From positions 254,278 to 318,277 of the forward strand of contig MNCI01002523.1 in NCBI GenBank assembly GCA_015680685.1: a stretch of 64,000 nucleotides of DNA. Reading direction: 5' to 3'. Within the stretch, counting starts at the first letter, position 1. The number at the start of each line of letters is the position of its first letter. Below are positions 37,901-51,254 of this stretch, piece by piece. The stretch is from Gnetum montanum (Eukaryota; Plantae; Gnetophyta). The notes beneath the pieces are model-generated. The model ran no database searches, was not told the DNA's origin, and saw only the letters and a list, made by a program, of their open reading frames with translations. Position numbers and translations under genes: made by a program.

Positions 37901-40799
37901 TGTTTTCTTGCACCTTGCAAAGGTCCTTCTTTTCCTCCTCTTTTTTGGACCATTTTCAATCAATCAAGGATCTAATTTTACTAAGGTATTATCATTTATG
38001 ATTAATAGGTTTATATGTTACTCATGACCTTAGTTCCATTAAGTTCTTTAGCTCATATAATTGCAGAGTTAAAAAAATTTCTAGATAAATGCTAGAAAAG
38101 TGTTAATTTCTTTTATTATCCTTCACCATTGGCTTCTTTTCCCTTATGTATGACTTATAATGATGGTTATGGTTCCTTGGGTGAGAAAATTAAAAGGTTC
38201 AACATTCATATGATTGATTGTTCATTAAAACACTTAAGGTTTTTAACATTCTTACCCTTATAATACCTTTTGAGTGATAGCAAATTTTGAAAAATTGGTG
38301 CAAGTTTTCCATGTAAAAATCCTTTCTAAACTAAATTAAACACTATAGGTTCAAAAACCACAAAAATTTGAGTGATATGAAGTAAGATATCGTGTGTGAA
38401 AGTTGGTTGTGCAAAGATGTAAGTTGAGAGAGAAAAGCACAAAAAATCCCCTAGTTGTAAATGATGAGAATGGATTTTGAAACATCATGGGGGTCCTATT
38501 TGTAGCTTTGATGGACCTGATATTGGGTATCTAATGTCGAGTCCCACCTAATATTGGGTAGTCGATATTAGGGTGCTTGAAAATGTATTGAATGAGGATA
38601 TTCAACATGGAAAATGAAGTTCTATGACTGATTGGAAGGTTTCATGTAAGATCCATAGTTTTGGGGTAAGTGAAAAATCATATTGAGGCATCAGAAGTAT
38701 TAGAAGATGAAATCACTGGCATTAAAAGCTTTAGAAGATGCAAGAAAAGGGGTATTAGATTTATGGTGTAGAATGGATTAGTTATATGATAAGGGAAGGG
38801 TTCGGGTTTATCATTTATGCACTTGGAAGGTGTAAGATGATGTGGTTGTATCAAACAAGTACAAGTCACAATAGTTATACAAGTGTGTCTTCCCCAAAGT
38901 AGGCTTTAGCCCTAAATGCCCTTGTATACCACACCTAAAAGTGTCTGTAGGCACCAAAGGGGTTGAATGCAATCCATACTTGTAAAACAAAACACATATG
39001 TTAAAATCACCAATTTGAGAACATAACTCAATGTTACATAAAACCACAAGTTAGGATCATATGGACAATGAAATGAAATGGATTTTAGAAAGGATTGCAA
39101 GAATTGGGATGTGAGGTGCCTTACCATATGCATAATGAATCCTTATGTGTTATGAATGGTTAAGTAATCATTAGCTATTCTTTACAAGATTCAAACCAAG
39201 TCCATACCACATTCCTAGTGACATCACATTGCTTCATCTCTTCGATTGACAACCATAGGACTACCACAATTGCAAGGAGTAACATCAGTTGGCATTCTAT
39301 TTGAGGGATTTTTTTATTGATGGAACATTTTTTTATGGAAGTATTTTGAAAAGCTACCAACCTTCAGGCATGGGTAACATGTCTTTCCAGTGGGGCCCTT
39401 ACAAATTTATTCAGTACCCTTTTATTTTACTTTGACTTCCATTTTTCGTTAGATCTACAAGGATATACTTACAACTTTAGCAACATGATAATACATACAA
39501 AAGTGGTCAATGAGAATCCAAAAATCTCCTTGATGTCACACCCTTCACATTCCCTCTTGGTTCTACCCTTTTCTATTGAGGCACAGTGATTACAAGTTTA
39601 TTTTTAGTTTGATGATGAAAAAGAATATCATTATGACCATGGTAAGAACCTTTTATTAATGGGATGGATGGATAGATGGCATGGCCTCACCATCCAAACA
39701 ATCAGTCCCTTATGACTTGACAACATAGAGAAAACCTCACCTCAATAGGCTACATGATCATTTTATTCACAAGTGAGATTACTAATAAACGGAATGGAAA
39801 AAAATGTGGAAAAAGTTGAAAAGGATATGAAAAATTTATATTAAGAAATAAGAAAAGGATAAAAAATTGTAAAACAAAAAGATGAAAATCTCCCATTAAT
39901 TCTGAATGTTATGATCAGGTGTCTCCCCCATAACTAAGCATTTGACCATGAAAAGAATTAATAAGTGGATAGGCAAGCTCCATGCATTTGTAAAATAGTG
40001 TTAACCCTTCATTTTCAAGCCATTGGATGTGCCTTCATTTAGTGGAAGTAGTGTAGATAGCTTGTTGTTCACACACTTGGTTGTTAAATGTGTAGTTGGT
40101 TAGAGTATGAGTTATGTTAATGTTGTGGTTGTCTAGCCCATGATTACACTTGTGATGATGATTAGGTATGCATGGATTCATTTGTCTCTCCACAATGCTA
40201 GATTTATTACATCTATTAGGTGTTGGAGTAATGATCGATGGTGGCCCCTATATAGGATCAGAGGATGTTGGTTGTGAAAGGGAAGGCATTGCACTAGATT
40301 TGCATTATGTTTGTTTGGATGATGTGGTAGGTCCATGAGTGTTACGCTTACACATGGGAGCCATCCTAAAGAAAGGATGTTTCTAAGATTGTGGTGGGAA
40401 CCTACTAGCATTATCATGTCTATGAACATTCATTGCACAAGTGGTATTCTTTTGTTGATGTTGTGATGGTAAACCTTCCTATGTGGCTATTGGTGGCATT
40501 TGATGGGGTGGAGTATGAGAATATCAAGGATATGATGGAGGGTAAGAGATGTGAGATGGGGATCCTTTAGGAGATGTCACTAGTTGATGATACTTGGAAG
40601 AGTGATAGTAGTGATTTGAAGTAGAGAATGTATAACTAGTTGGGAAAATAGGTTTTCGAACATAATAATTATACAAGTTCACCTGCTTGTAAAGGTAAGA
40701 CTAGTTTAATGATGGACTGCCCCACAACTATGGGTTTTACCACTGTAGTTGATGATTATGTTGAGGCTACTAAGAAGTCCCCTTAGGATGTATGATTGG

Positions 40800-42330
40800 G
40801 TGTAGGACTATCTATAATTACCTTATGGAAAAGGTAATTTCCTAGGCATGTGCTTTTGTATGAACTTGGGATTTAATGCAAAAGCCCAACACTCATGTAG
40901 ATGCAACATGAGTGGACAATAGCCCTTTGAGTGGTCATATATGTAGATGTCACATCTATCATCTTCATGTGTGGTTGAGTCTATAGCCTTGTTTTCTTTA
41001 GCCATTTTCCTTGTTTGTTGATGAGTATTCTTAGTTGTTTCTTGGTTCTTCTTCCTCCATTTATTGTAATCACTTGGTTCATTTTGCAGTAGCTTCTCCT
41101 CTACGATTTCTACGAAGGCTGTAACTTTCTCATTTATCCACTCCAACATCCTATCAGACATTGCTTCAAGTTTGTTGATAGAATTTTGTATCAACAAGGT
41201 TTATTGTAGAATCACCTTATTGAGAGTGACCTCTTTCTCCTTACCATCTATGTGGACCCTCTTCTTTGAAGAGTTGGATCCTAATGATATTTCTTAACAT
41301 TCTTTCATTTTCATAGCTCTTCTCCTTCTTTTTCCACATGCTCAATTAGCTCTTAGATATGATGGGTTCACAGCCCATATGATTGTCCTTGAGCATACAT
41401 CCCAAGGGTCTCTCTTATTTGACTATAAATCCCATCTATGATATGGAAAAGTTACTCTTCCTCAGAGAAACCATGGCTTGGGCATCTGTTTAGTAGAGGA
41501 CAAGATCTATCTAGGGCCATATCCAAGGATTCATGTTGTTCTTGTCTCCATCCTTGGATTTGTATCCTCAAGTTGAACACCCTTACATAGGTTTGATATT
41601 TTATCATTGAAGAGTTCCAGCATGATGGACCACCATCAAATTGAATTTGGTTTTAACAATCTATACCATAATTTGGCTTTATCGATTAGTGTCCTAGGAA
41701 AGAGCTTAAGCTTTTACCACCCACTTTCAATGTTGTACAAGGCATAGGCATCATGGAAGGCTTGTAGATGATGTTGTGGATCCAAATCATAGCCTCATAA
41801 AAATTTAGGGATATTATTCATATCAATCCTTGTTAGGCGAATTTCCCTACAATGCCTGTGGGGTATCTTAATTGCCTCTATGATCTACATTAGGCTCTTA
41901 GTGGCCAACAAGAGTTCATTGTCATTAGACATGGCATGATGAAAATTTTTATTTTTTTCCATTTTATTATGACAATTTTATCTATGTTCATTTTTATGTT
42001 TTTGATTTTTCCCATAGTTTCAATTCCTATGTTTATTTTGACCCCATAATGGAGCTTTGTCTCTATACCCACATTCATCTTCATTAGAACTAGACATTGA
42101 AGAGGAAGGGAAAGATGAGGAACTAGGATGGTTGCCATGGCTTCTATGGTGTTCCCTAGGGTTCCTTGATTTATCTTTTCTAGGTTTTGAGAAGGTCCTA
42201 GGCCTTGAGGCCTTCCTTGGTCCAAGACTTACTTCATCTCCTCTATGGTCATCTACCTTAGGTGACTATAGTATTTGAGTGTCGTTAGGCTGGTCATGAA
42301 CATATAAGACCCCTACATAAAGTTGGTCAC
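40800..42330 (-). pseudogene. gag: gag of the nested Athila-like element
   Basis: DPQHHLQAFHDAYAL...KLKLFPRTLIDKAKLWYRLLKPNSI at ~41640-41785; matches 30.9-31.2 kb. Confidence 0.75.
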
Positions 42331-43418
42331 TCCAATTTTCCTCAACATATATCTCATTATTTCTCCAATGCATGTTCTCACCATACAATGCATTTTTACT
42401 TCCTTGTGAAAGAGAGACTGTTTTTAGTTAACGATGTGTATGATTTAATATTTTTCGAAGGATATATCATTAATGTGTTTACAGTGATTATGTATAATAT
42501 AACTATTCTAGATAACTAGCACCATCCATAGAAATGATTCCAATGATGAGTAGTGAGGTACCCCTACATCCAACCATACGAATCATAAGTGTTCATGCAT
42601 GATCCAGTTGAATTTCGTGGATGGGACTAGTTGTGCATCTAAATCACTATGCCTTGATTGTAATTCATTGTCTTCCCATTTGGACTAGTGGTAGCTTTTT
42701 CACATATGATTTAGTTTAGAGTGAGTCATATGATCCTTGATGTTATTTGGCCTTAAGCTACTCATAATGAAAATAAAGAAATTAATTATTTTAATCTAAT
42801 TATCAATGGAAAGTAAAGTCTAACTAGCCTATGTATGATAAGTATCCATTCCTAACCTTCTGTACATGCCTTGAACTTTGTGTAGCTACTACTGGGGTTA
42901 CCAAGCATACCATTATTGGACATACCAAATGATAATACTATTGGGCTACCAAGTAGTTACACTTTAAGCACTCGAGATTAGTCATACTAATTTTTCTTAA
43001 TGATAGAAATAATAAAGAGAAATGAATGATAATATTAACTAGAGAAAATAGTAAACACTTAAGCAATTAAAACTAGTAATAAAGCTCAGTGGATGTTGTA
43101 ATGATGGAAGTAATCTTGATCTTTATTACCGAACATGTAAAAATGTGTCCAAGTACATTACACTCAAATAAGGATGCCATATAATCAATTAACATCACAA
43201 TGCAGGCATGCACTGGAAACTAACAAAGCTAGAAATCAAAAATCTATGAATCTAACACTATTTTCTATATCCCAACCATGCACCCAAGTGTGGTATTTAT
43301 AATAATGCATGGAAGAGGTGATATTGAATCTCTAAGATCATAGGTTGTGCCTTGATATTGGATACTCGACATCATGGCTCCAATATTGAATCCCTGTAAA
43401 ACATGGCTCATCAGATGG

Positions 43419-43925
43419 TTAGTCAATTTAGAAAGGATTGGAGCACCAAGTTAAATGATGCTCTATGGGCCTATATAACTACATGGAAACTTCCCATTCG
43501 ATACTCATCCTATGAGTTAGCTTACAGTAAAATACCTATGCTCGTAATCTAGGTAGGGGTTCAAACTCTAGCTACTACTAGTGAACTAGACCTAGACTTG
43601 AGCTTAGCCCAAAAGGAATGACTTATGAACCTCAAGCTATTAGAGGAGAATAGATTAGTAGCCCTCATTATTAATGAGATCCATAAGAAGTACTCTAAGT
43701 ATAGGCATGATTTGTAAATACATTAAGTGTCGATCTAGCTAGGAGATAAGGTCTTATACTATAATCCCAAGTACCTCAAAAAGTGAAGTTCTAGACATTC
43801 TGGGAAGGATCATACATTGTCCAAGAAACCTATCCATCTAGCACCATCTAGATTTACCACCCCAACTAGTCCACATAAGCTCATTTTAGTAAATATCCAA
43901 CACATCAAGTCCTATTATGAACATC
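43419..43925 (+). pseudogene. C-terminal integrase remainder
   Basis: DWSTKLNDALWAY.TTWKLPIRYSSYELAY...WEGSY. Confidence 0.8.
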
Positions 43926-46129
43926 CCAGTTCTATTGTGAATCCTACCTAGTTCACCAATTTATCCTCTACCTATTCAATTTTCTAGTTAACAATTCCAA
44001 ATCCTAGTCCTTGGGGGTATCCCATGTGACACATAGGTACCATACTGAATCTTTCATTTTCTCATTACCTTTTCATATTTCTTGATAACTTTTCTATGCT
44101 TCAATATTTTCCAATTTCTTAACAATTTTCTATTCTTTGAAATTTTCAAATTCTTTGCCAATTATTCATTCTTATATATCTTTTACAATTTTTCTATACT
44201 TTTTCATTATTTTACTTGTACATATGTTTGTTAATTTTCAATAAATTGCACAGAATAAAGCAAGATGTAGTTGCAATAAGGTGAAGATTGCAATATATTA
44301 TCAACTCATAAAGAATTGATTACCTATACAGTGAGCAGTGAGACTACAACATCCATCCACTCATTCCAACAATAAGAGGTTCTTACCATGGTCATAATGA
44401 TATTCTTCTCATAATAAAACTAAGAATAAACCTATGATCATTATGCCTAGATAGAAGAGTAAAGAACCAAGAGGAAATGACAAGGGTGTGACATTAAGGA
44501 AACTTGTGGATTCTCTTAGACTACTATTGTGAGTCTTATCCTATTGTCAAAGATGTATTATTTTCTTAAGTTTGAACAAAAAATGAAAGTAAGAGTACAG
44601 TAAGTATTACCTTACCATGTAGTCCTCTGGTGAGGTTAACATAGTAAAAATAAAACAAAAGCACAGAATAAAATTTCTAGGGGTCCTACTAGATTGACAT
44701 GTTACAAATGCCTAAAGGTAGATGGCTTCTCAGGAATCTAGAAAATAAAAAATTTCTTATTAATAAACTCCTTGATTGAACAACTTTGCCAAGTGGTAAT
44801 ACTCCTTGCAACAGTGGTAGTCGTATAGTTGTGAGCCCAAGGGATGACAAAATGTGATGTTAGTGGAAAAGTGATTTAGCCTTGGTTTAAATCTTGGATA
44901 GAAAGGCTAGTGATTTCCTTAACCACACATCACATACAAGGATTCATTATGCCTATCGTAAGACATCTTATGTCCTAGTTTCAACAATCCCTTCTACATT
45001 TCATTTGACCTCACTGTATTTTAATCATAACTTTATGATTTTGTATAATATAGTGTTATTTTCTCAATCTGGAGATATTAACTATGTGCTCTGCTAGACA
45101 AATATGCCTTACATTCAACTCCTTAAGTGCCAATGGAAACTTTTAGGTGTGGTTATACAAGGGCACTACGGGCTGAAGCCTACTTTGGGGAGGGAGGATC
45201 CACTTGTATAACTATTGTATCTCATACTTGACAAGTAATTCTACATCATCTTATGCCTTCCAATATGACTAATATTCAACAAACACTTCCCATACCATCT
45301 TATAAATTGTCCATCACCTAAGAACCTTTAATCCATCTCATATAGACTTAATAAACTTTCATTGCCCAAAATTCCTTCCTTAAGAATTTTGAACACTAAA
45401 GTTTTGAATCATAAGCATCATCTATGATCCATGATCCTTTAGGTAGTCTTTATGTCTTCCAAATCATCCAATTGACTCAATTTTTCCATGAAAAGTATCA
45501 AAAAATTTGAAAATTTTCAACAATGATGTCATGCTTATGACATCAAATGCCTTATGACATTGCAACTACAATGTCACATCTATGATGTTGTACCAACAAA
45601 AATAGTATATATATGCATCAAGAGTTAGAAAATTTTTCATTCCACCATTTTGCAATAAGAGGAGCTTTTGTTGTTTTTCTAAGCTCTAGCAACCTAACTT
45701 TCTGAAGTGATAACTTCCTCATCATAGCTCCTACTTTCATGATTCTTCAACCTTGTTGATCTCAGAGCATTCAACTTGGTCATGAGGGGGTTTATTGCAT
45801 GCACATCTAAAAATTTGAACCAAAAGTTTCTAACACCTGGAAGACATTAGAATGGGTAAGTATACAAAAAAATAAGAACACCAAAGCTAACTAAATAAAT
45901 CCAAGCCAAGGACTTAACTAATTCTTCTAACTAACCAAACTAACCATTTAAGAACATGAGAAAGAAAGAAACAACAACTTTGGAATGCCATAACAATTAA
46001 AGATATAACACTTAGGGGGTTTCTTTTTTAAATTTTTTTAACTTAGCAATCATAATGAAGAACATAACTAATATAAAATAATAAGAGCTTAATCTAACCA
46101 AGAGTATGAGAAGGATTATGAGCTATTAT

Positions 46130-48968
46130 GAACCAATTTAAACACTTCAGTAATCTTAAACTCTTGATGATTGCAAATGGTCCTAAGGAGACTCGGAGCA
46201 GAAGAAGCTTCATAGCCAGGGAGTAAGAGACCAAGAGATCATGGAAGAGGCCAAGGAGGGGAACAAAATCCATACTCAAAACACACAGAGTAGGAGACTC
46301 AATCATTCAATATCCATCAACAAACTCCTTCTATTGAACATTTAGCACAAGTAGAGGCAAAAGCACCACCTATAACTGAACAAGGATAGTGCCTCATGCT
46401 ATCTAATGAATGCCTCTAGGACATAAAGGAGAATTTTATCATGTCCATAATCATCATGGAATTGAACTTTGGTCCATTCATGGAATTTTCTCTAGAGGTT
46501 ATGAAGATGCAACTTCAAGCATCTCCCCTATGGCCTACATTGTCTAGCAGTGGTGAATGGTACTTAGGAGAAACTTATCAATTTTTGTAAAATAAACAAG
46601 CTAATGCTATAGTAAATATAGAAGGGGTCTTAGTGTCTTACTTAATGGAAGAAATTTCCAAAGCCTTGAACATCCCAAATGAAGGGCCCAATGTGACACA
46701 AATTTCAATAAGGTGAGATATAGATGCAAAGAAGTTGTGGTTACAAAGGGCTTATGACAAAGAAGATAAAGATTATAGTGAGCTCTCAGGAGAAGAAAAG
46801 ATCTATTTCAAGCTTGGAACATATCACTTGTTCCCAACCAAGAGGCTCAAATTAATTTCAACATATGCAGCTTGAGGAAGTGCAATTTTGATGGGAAAGT
46901 TCATTACCAAAATCATCCATTTTCTCTTCCTAGAAATTCAAAGGTGGTTTGAGGAGAAGAAGGTAGGGAAGCTAACACTACCACTTCCTTGCTTAATAAC
47001 GAAGATTTGTAAACAAGTAGGAATTTTGGGTTATACTAATGATGTTTTATAAAAAGCATAAAATGCTTCCTATGCCCAAATGTTCAAACTAGTGCCACCC
47101 AAGAAGGATCAGCTGGAGAAGCCAGTAGGCACTAAGGGAGCTTTAGGATCAACTCTTATCTATAACATTCTAGCTACCAGTTAGCAATAATAAGTAGGAC
47201 CCAAAAGCTAACCACCTACTAGAGATCAATAAGAATAGTAAGCTCCACCTCTACTACCATAGGATTACAAATCATCAATGAGCCATTTGTGTTAGATTGT
47301 AGAAATCATTAGCTAGGGAGCAAGGGAGGGCTCCAATCTTTATAGAGTAAGAGAAATCTCTATTAGGCCCATAGTTTCCGTAGATCCTACAAGTGAACAA
47401 GTATCACTGAAAATAGGAGGAGAGGAAGATTAGGTTCAATAGATTTCAGGGAATGTTGCATCATTCCAAGTGATACTTGAAACTAGAAAAGGTTCCACTG
47501 TTATGGTTATGTAGCATCAAGATGTAGTGGGAGTAGCTGAAGTCATTACTAACCACATCAAAGAATCCTTCAATGTTCCTGGTGTACTACCAATTGATAT
47601 CTCTAGAGTGAGAGGCACTAAAATGTTAGCTGGTACCTCAATGACTCCTGTTGAGCATAAGGACATGTTAGAAAAACTATTGCAAATGGGCTAGGTCATG
47701 CAAAATCTATTTGATATCCCTAGTGATATCACTACAATGTAGTCAGATTTAATTTCCACAAAGAGAAAGCTATTCATGGCAAAAACAAGGATAGAAAATG
47801 TAGAAAATGAGGTGCAAATGCTATAAGAAGAATTAGCAGCTGTAAGGGCTAAAAGAAGAGACCCTACATAGTTTCTAGTGCCTAACTAGCTTGACTAGGT
47901 TAGAATAGATCAAGTGAGGCAACTCATTGTCCACAATATTAAAATTAAGATGGAAAGAGAGAAGGCTATGTGGAATGCCTCAATTGTAGAATCCTAGACA
48001 TACACACATACAAAACTCTCATAGCCCTAGAGAAGGAGAATAAAAAGCTCACTACTCATAACACAAGGTTAACAAATGTGGAGAAATAGAAGAATGTTCT
48101 CAAGGAAAGTATTCATCAACTATGAGAATAATTAATCAAAGTCAACCAGGACATTAGCAAATTAACCTAAGAAAATAGGAACCTTTCAATGGAAGAAGTT
48201 CACACAATTCGAAAAAATTTTGCAATTGAAATAAGCACATGGAAAAATGAGGCTGAGAAACAAGAAAGACTCAAAGAACGTTTTAGGAACCAATTGGACA
48301 TGTACAAGTAGATCAATGAGAAAGAAATCTAGATGGAAAAAGCTAAGACCAATTCCATCACACCTCAAACTCAAAATTGGCAGCCCATCCTAGATAGTTT
48401 AGCCCACATCCACTAGGCCAAGATAAAAAATAAAGACCTACAAATAGAAGATCTTAGTGAATACATGAGATTAGAAAATCTCTAATATGCTAACTTGGCC
48501 ATGTTAACAGCAGGATGACCTAGAAATGAACTTGAGCAACAGGTAGTAGTTTTGTATGCCATGTACAAGAAAGAGTTTGCTAACAGAAAGGATGTTCTAT
48601 AGAAACTACATGTAGCAAACTTTGAACTTGAAAGTGTAAAAGTAAGCTACTAGGGGAAAAAAGATGTTGTAGTGAGCATAGCATGTAGAATGTCTAACTA
48701 CCAAGAACTCAAAAATGTACCCAAAGCTTTTGAGGAAGAAAGGCAATAATTCATGCCATGGTATGTGAAAGCCAACAAGATGTTCCCATAGCTACCATGC
48801 CTGTGTGGTGTACCAACTCCATCAAACGTCATCCAATCAACAAGGATGACACATGATCCCAAGATAGAGGAAGAAAAGCTTCAAGCACTCCTTAATAGAT
48901 ACCAATTCTAGAAGCCTAATGATAAAGGGAAGAAACCAATAGAAAAGCCTCCACCTTCGGGAACATAA
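46130..48968 (+). pseudogene. Athila-type additional ORF (ORF2/env-like) with long coiled coil
   Basis: ISKALNIPNEG and LTLPLPCLITKICKQVGI motifs (46650-47030), between pol and PPT. Confidence 0.75.
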
Positions 48969-49169
48969 GGTTATGTCAAGTTACTTAAATTTTTATTTGT
49001 TTTATTTTGTCATGTTACTGTGTCATTTTGTAAACACACCAATGTGGCACTCACAAAGTCATGTAAATAGTTAGTCATGTCAAGTCAAATCTACCTCCCA
49101 ATTTTGTAAGGGATTCTATCCTTATTTTATTTTTACTTGAGGATGAGTTTTCAATCAATTTTGGGGGTA

Positions 49170-50050
49170 TGATAAAACCAATTTTTGTAACCATGCAATA
49201 TCATAAGTACGGTATCGTATCAACAATATCGTAGCTATGATGTCATAGCCCATCCTATGTCATTGTTGATGTGATGTCTCAAGATTTATGCAATCCTATA
49301 AATACCAACACTTAGGCGCATAATTGACAACTTTACATTCCAACCTATAGCTGAAATCTTGTAGTTTTGTTTTGTAGTTAGTAATAGAGCGAATGCCCAT
49401 AGTGTGGTGTTAAGCAATTGTACGGTGTCTCTATTCGAGTGAATTGTACTTCGACATAGTTCACGAATAGCAATAAAGATTGATATTGATTTGCATCATT
49501 GCAACATCCACTTAGGTTTCTTTCTATTTGCATAGAATAATTTTCTTGCTTTCCTTGTTAATCATTTACCTTTCAAGCACTTTACTTTACATGTTATTAG
49601 TAAGCAGTATGGATATAACTAGTTTTGAGTTCTAAGTGTAGTTACCAGTATTGGTGTTGCTTGATTTACTTAGTAGTAATACCACTTGGTAATCTCAATG
49701 ATAACTACATGAGTCCAAGGCATGTACAATAGGCTAGGACCACATATCCATTACACTAGGTTAAGTCAAATTTATGTTTTCCTAGTTAATTAGACTTAGA
49801 ATTTGATCTTCAACTATGTTTACCATTAGGAGCATTAAGAGCCTTACAACATCAACCAATCATATACCTCACTAAGAATTAAACCATAGATTGGAACTTC
49901 ACTAACTCAAAGTGGGAAGACAATGATCTTGAACTTAACATCAATTACTAGCATAATTACATTGTCCACCATCTATAGATTACGATCTGGTCACACACAA
50001 ACACTCGTGACTTGTATGGTAGTGTGTTGGGATACCTCCACCGCTCATCA
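49170..50050 (+). repeat. Athila-like 3' LTR
   Basis: TTGGGGGTA PPT then TGATAAAACC...CCTATAAATA...GCTCATCA; resembles the LTRs of the 34236-43413 element. Confidence 0.8.
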
Positions 50051-50430
50051 AAATGTATCCACCAAAACACTATCATCTACAAATGGCATACACTAAGAGA
50101 GTGCATCTTATATTTCCTTAGCTAATTCATTCATAAAATAGCAAACAAGTAAAGGCTAAGTATATACCCTTAATGTAGACCTACTATGACTGAAAAATGA
50201 AATATAGGTCTTAAATCACTTTAATATGTTTATCAAGAATTTCTCTAAAGCCCACTAGATAATCTATTATGTTTAGACACAATATCATATGCTTTTTCCA
50301 AGGCAATAAATATGTAAAGTACATTTTCTCTATGTTTTTTGAATTCCTCCATTAAGTATTAAATATAAAAAATGTTAGTCAATGAATCTCCTCCAAAGCT
50401 TACTAATATGACTTCTAATCTTGATTCTTT
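50051..50430 (-). mobile_element. RTE-clade LINE reverse transcriptase fragment
   Basis: FIALEKAYDIV...VGLH*GYILSLYLFAIFMNELAKEI*D...CMPFVDDSVLV resembles RTE GLHQGSALSPYLF...MLFADD. Confidence 0.75.
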
Positions 50431-51254
50431 TATAGTTTACTTGATTTTTAACACTTATTTTTTTAACATTGTAATATCTGTACATTACTTACCGCCATAT
50501 GATGATTTTGTATATGTAACCAAAAATGCACTATTCAAACACCTTTAATTACTTTGCACTAATGAACTCATTGAAATATTAAAGCTTTCAACTTATTTGC
50601 ATGCTTGAACAAACCTAAGGTACTTTTCTTTGTTGCTACATGTGTCTGGTTAGGCAAGATACTATACAAATGGTTAAGAGTACCGTCGGTTGAAAGAAAT
50701 AAAGCTAATATAAAAAAGATAGAATTAACTTGGATCTGAAAAGAGCTTAGTCTATTTAGATAGAATTAAATTACAGCTCATACAACGTGCCTACAACCGA
50801 TTACAACAATTTGCAATAAAATATACAACTAAGTCCAACAATTTGCAATAAAATATATAAATACCATCAGCTGCGGACGCAGTTTCGGTTTCAACGAAAT
50901 TGAAATTAGAGAAAGCAACACCGTTACTTTAACAATGAAAGACAGTTTAGAAGTTGGATGATCTGAAGGCATGTTGTTTACAAGGGTAATGTAGAATAAT
51001 AATGACGCAAACTAGAGAACAAACTGAATTTTTATTGAACGGAAACTACTGAACACAGGTAGACACTTTGCAATGAGAACGTTAACAATTTCTAAACTTA
51101 ACAACTTGACAACAATATCTAAACTAATATGACAGCTGTAATTGCATGCACTAGAAAATGGCATTAGGGTGTGACAACTAATTCCTAAAAATTACTCCAA
51201 CAATTATAGAACGCCAGTAGGACAACTAATTGAGGCCTTGAATTACTCCAACAG

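Larger units (their letters stand above)
34236..43413 (-). mobile_element. Pol-less Athila-like element inserted in opposite orientation into the integrase
   Basis: Perfect TSD GATGG (34231-34235, 43414-43418); LTRs 42544-43413 and 34236-~35029; GGGGGTA PPT at ~35030-35036; INT reading resumes as SQFRKDWSTKLNDALWAY after the TSD. Confidence 0.9.
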
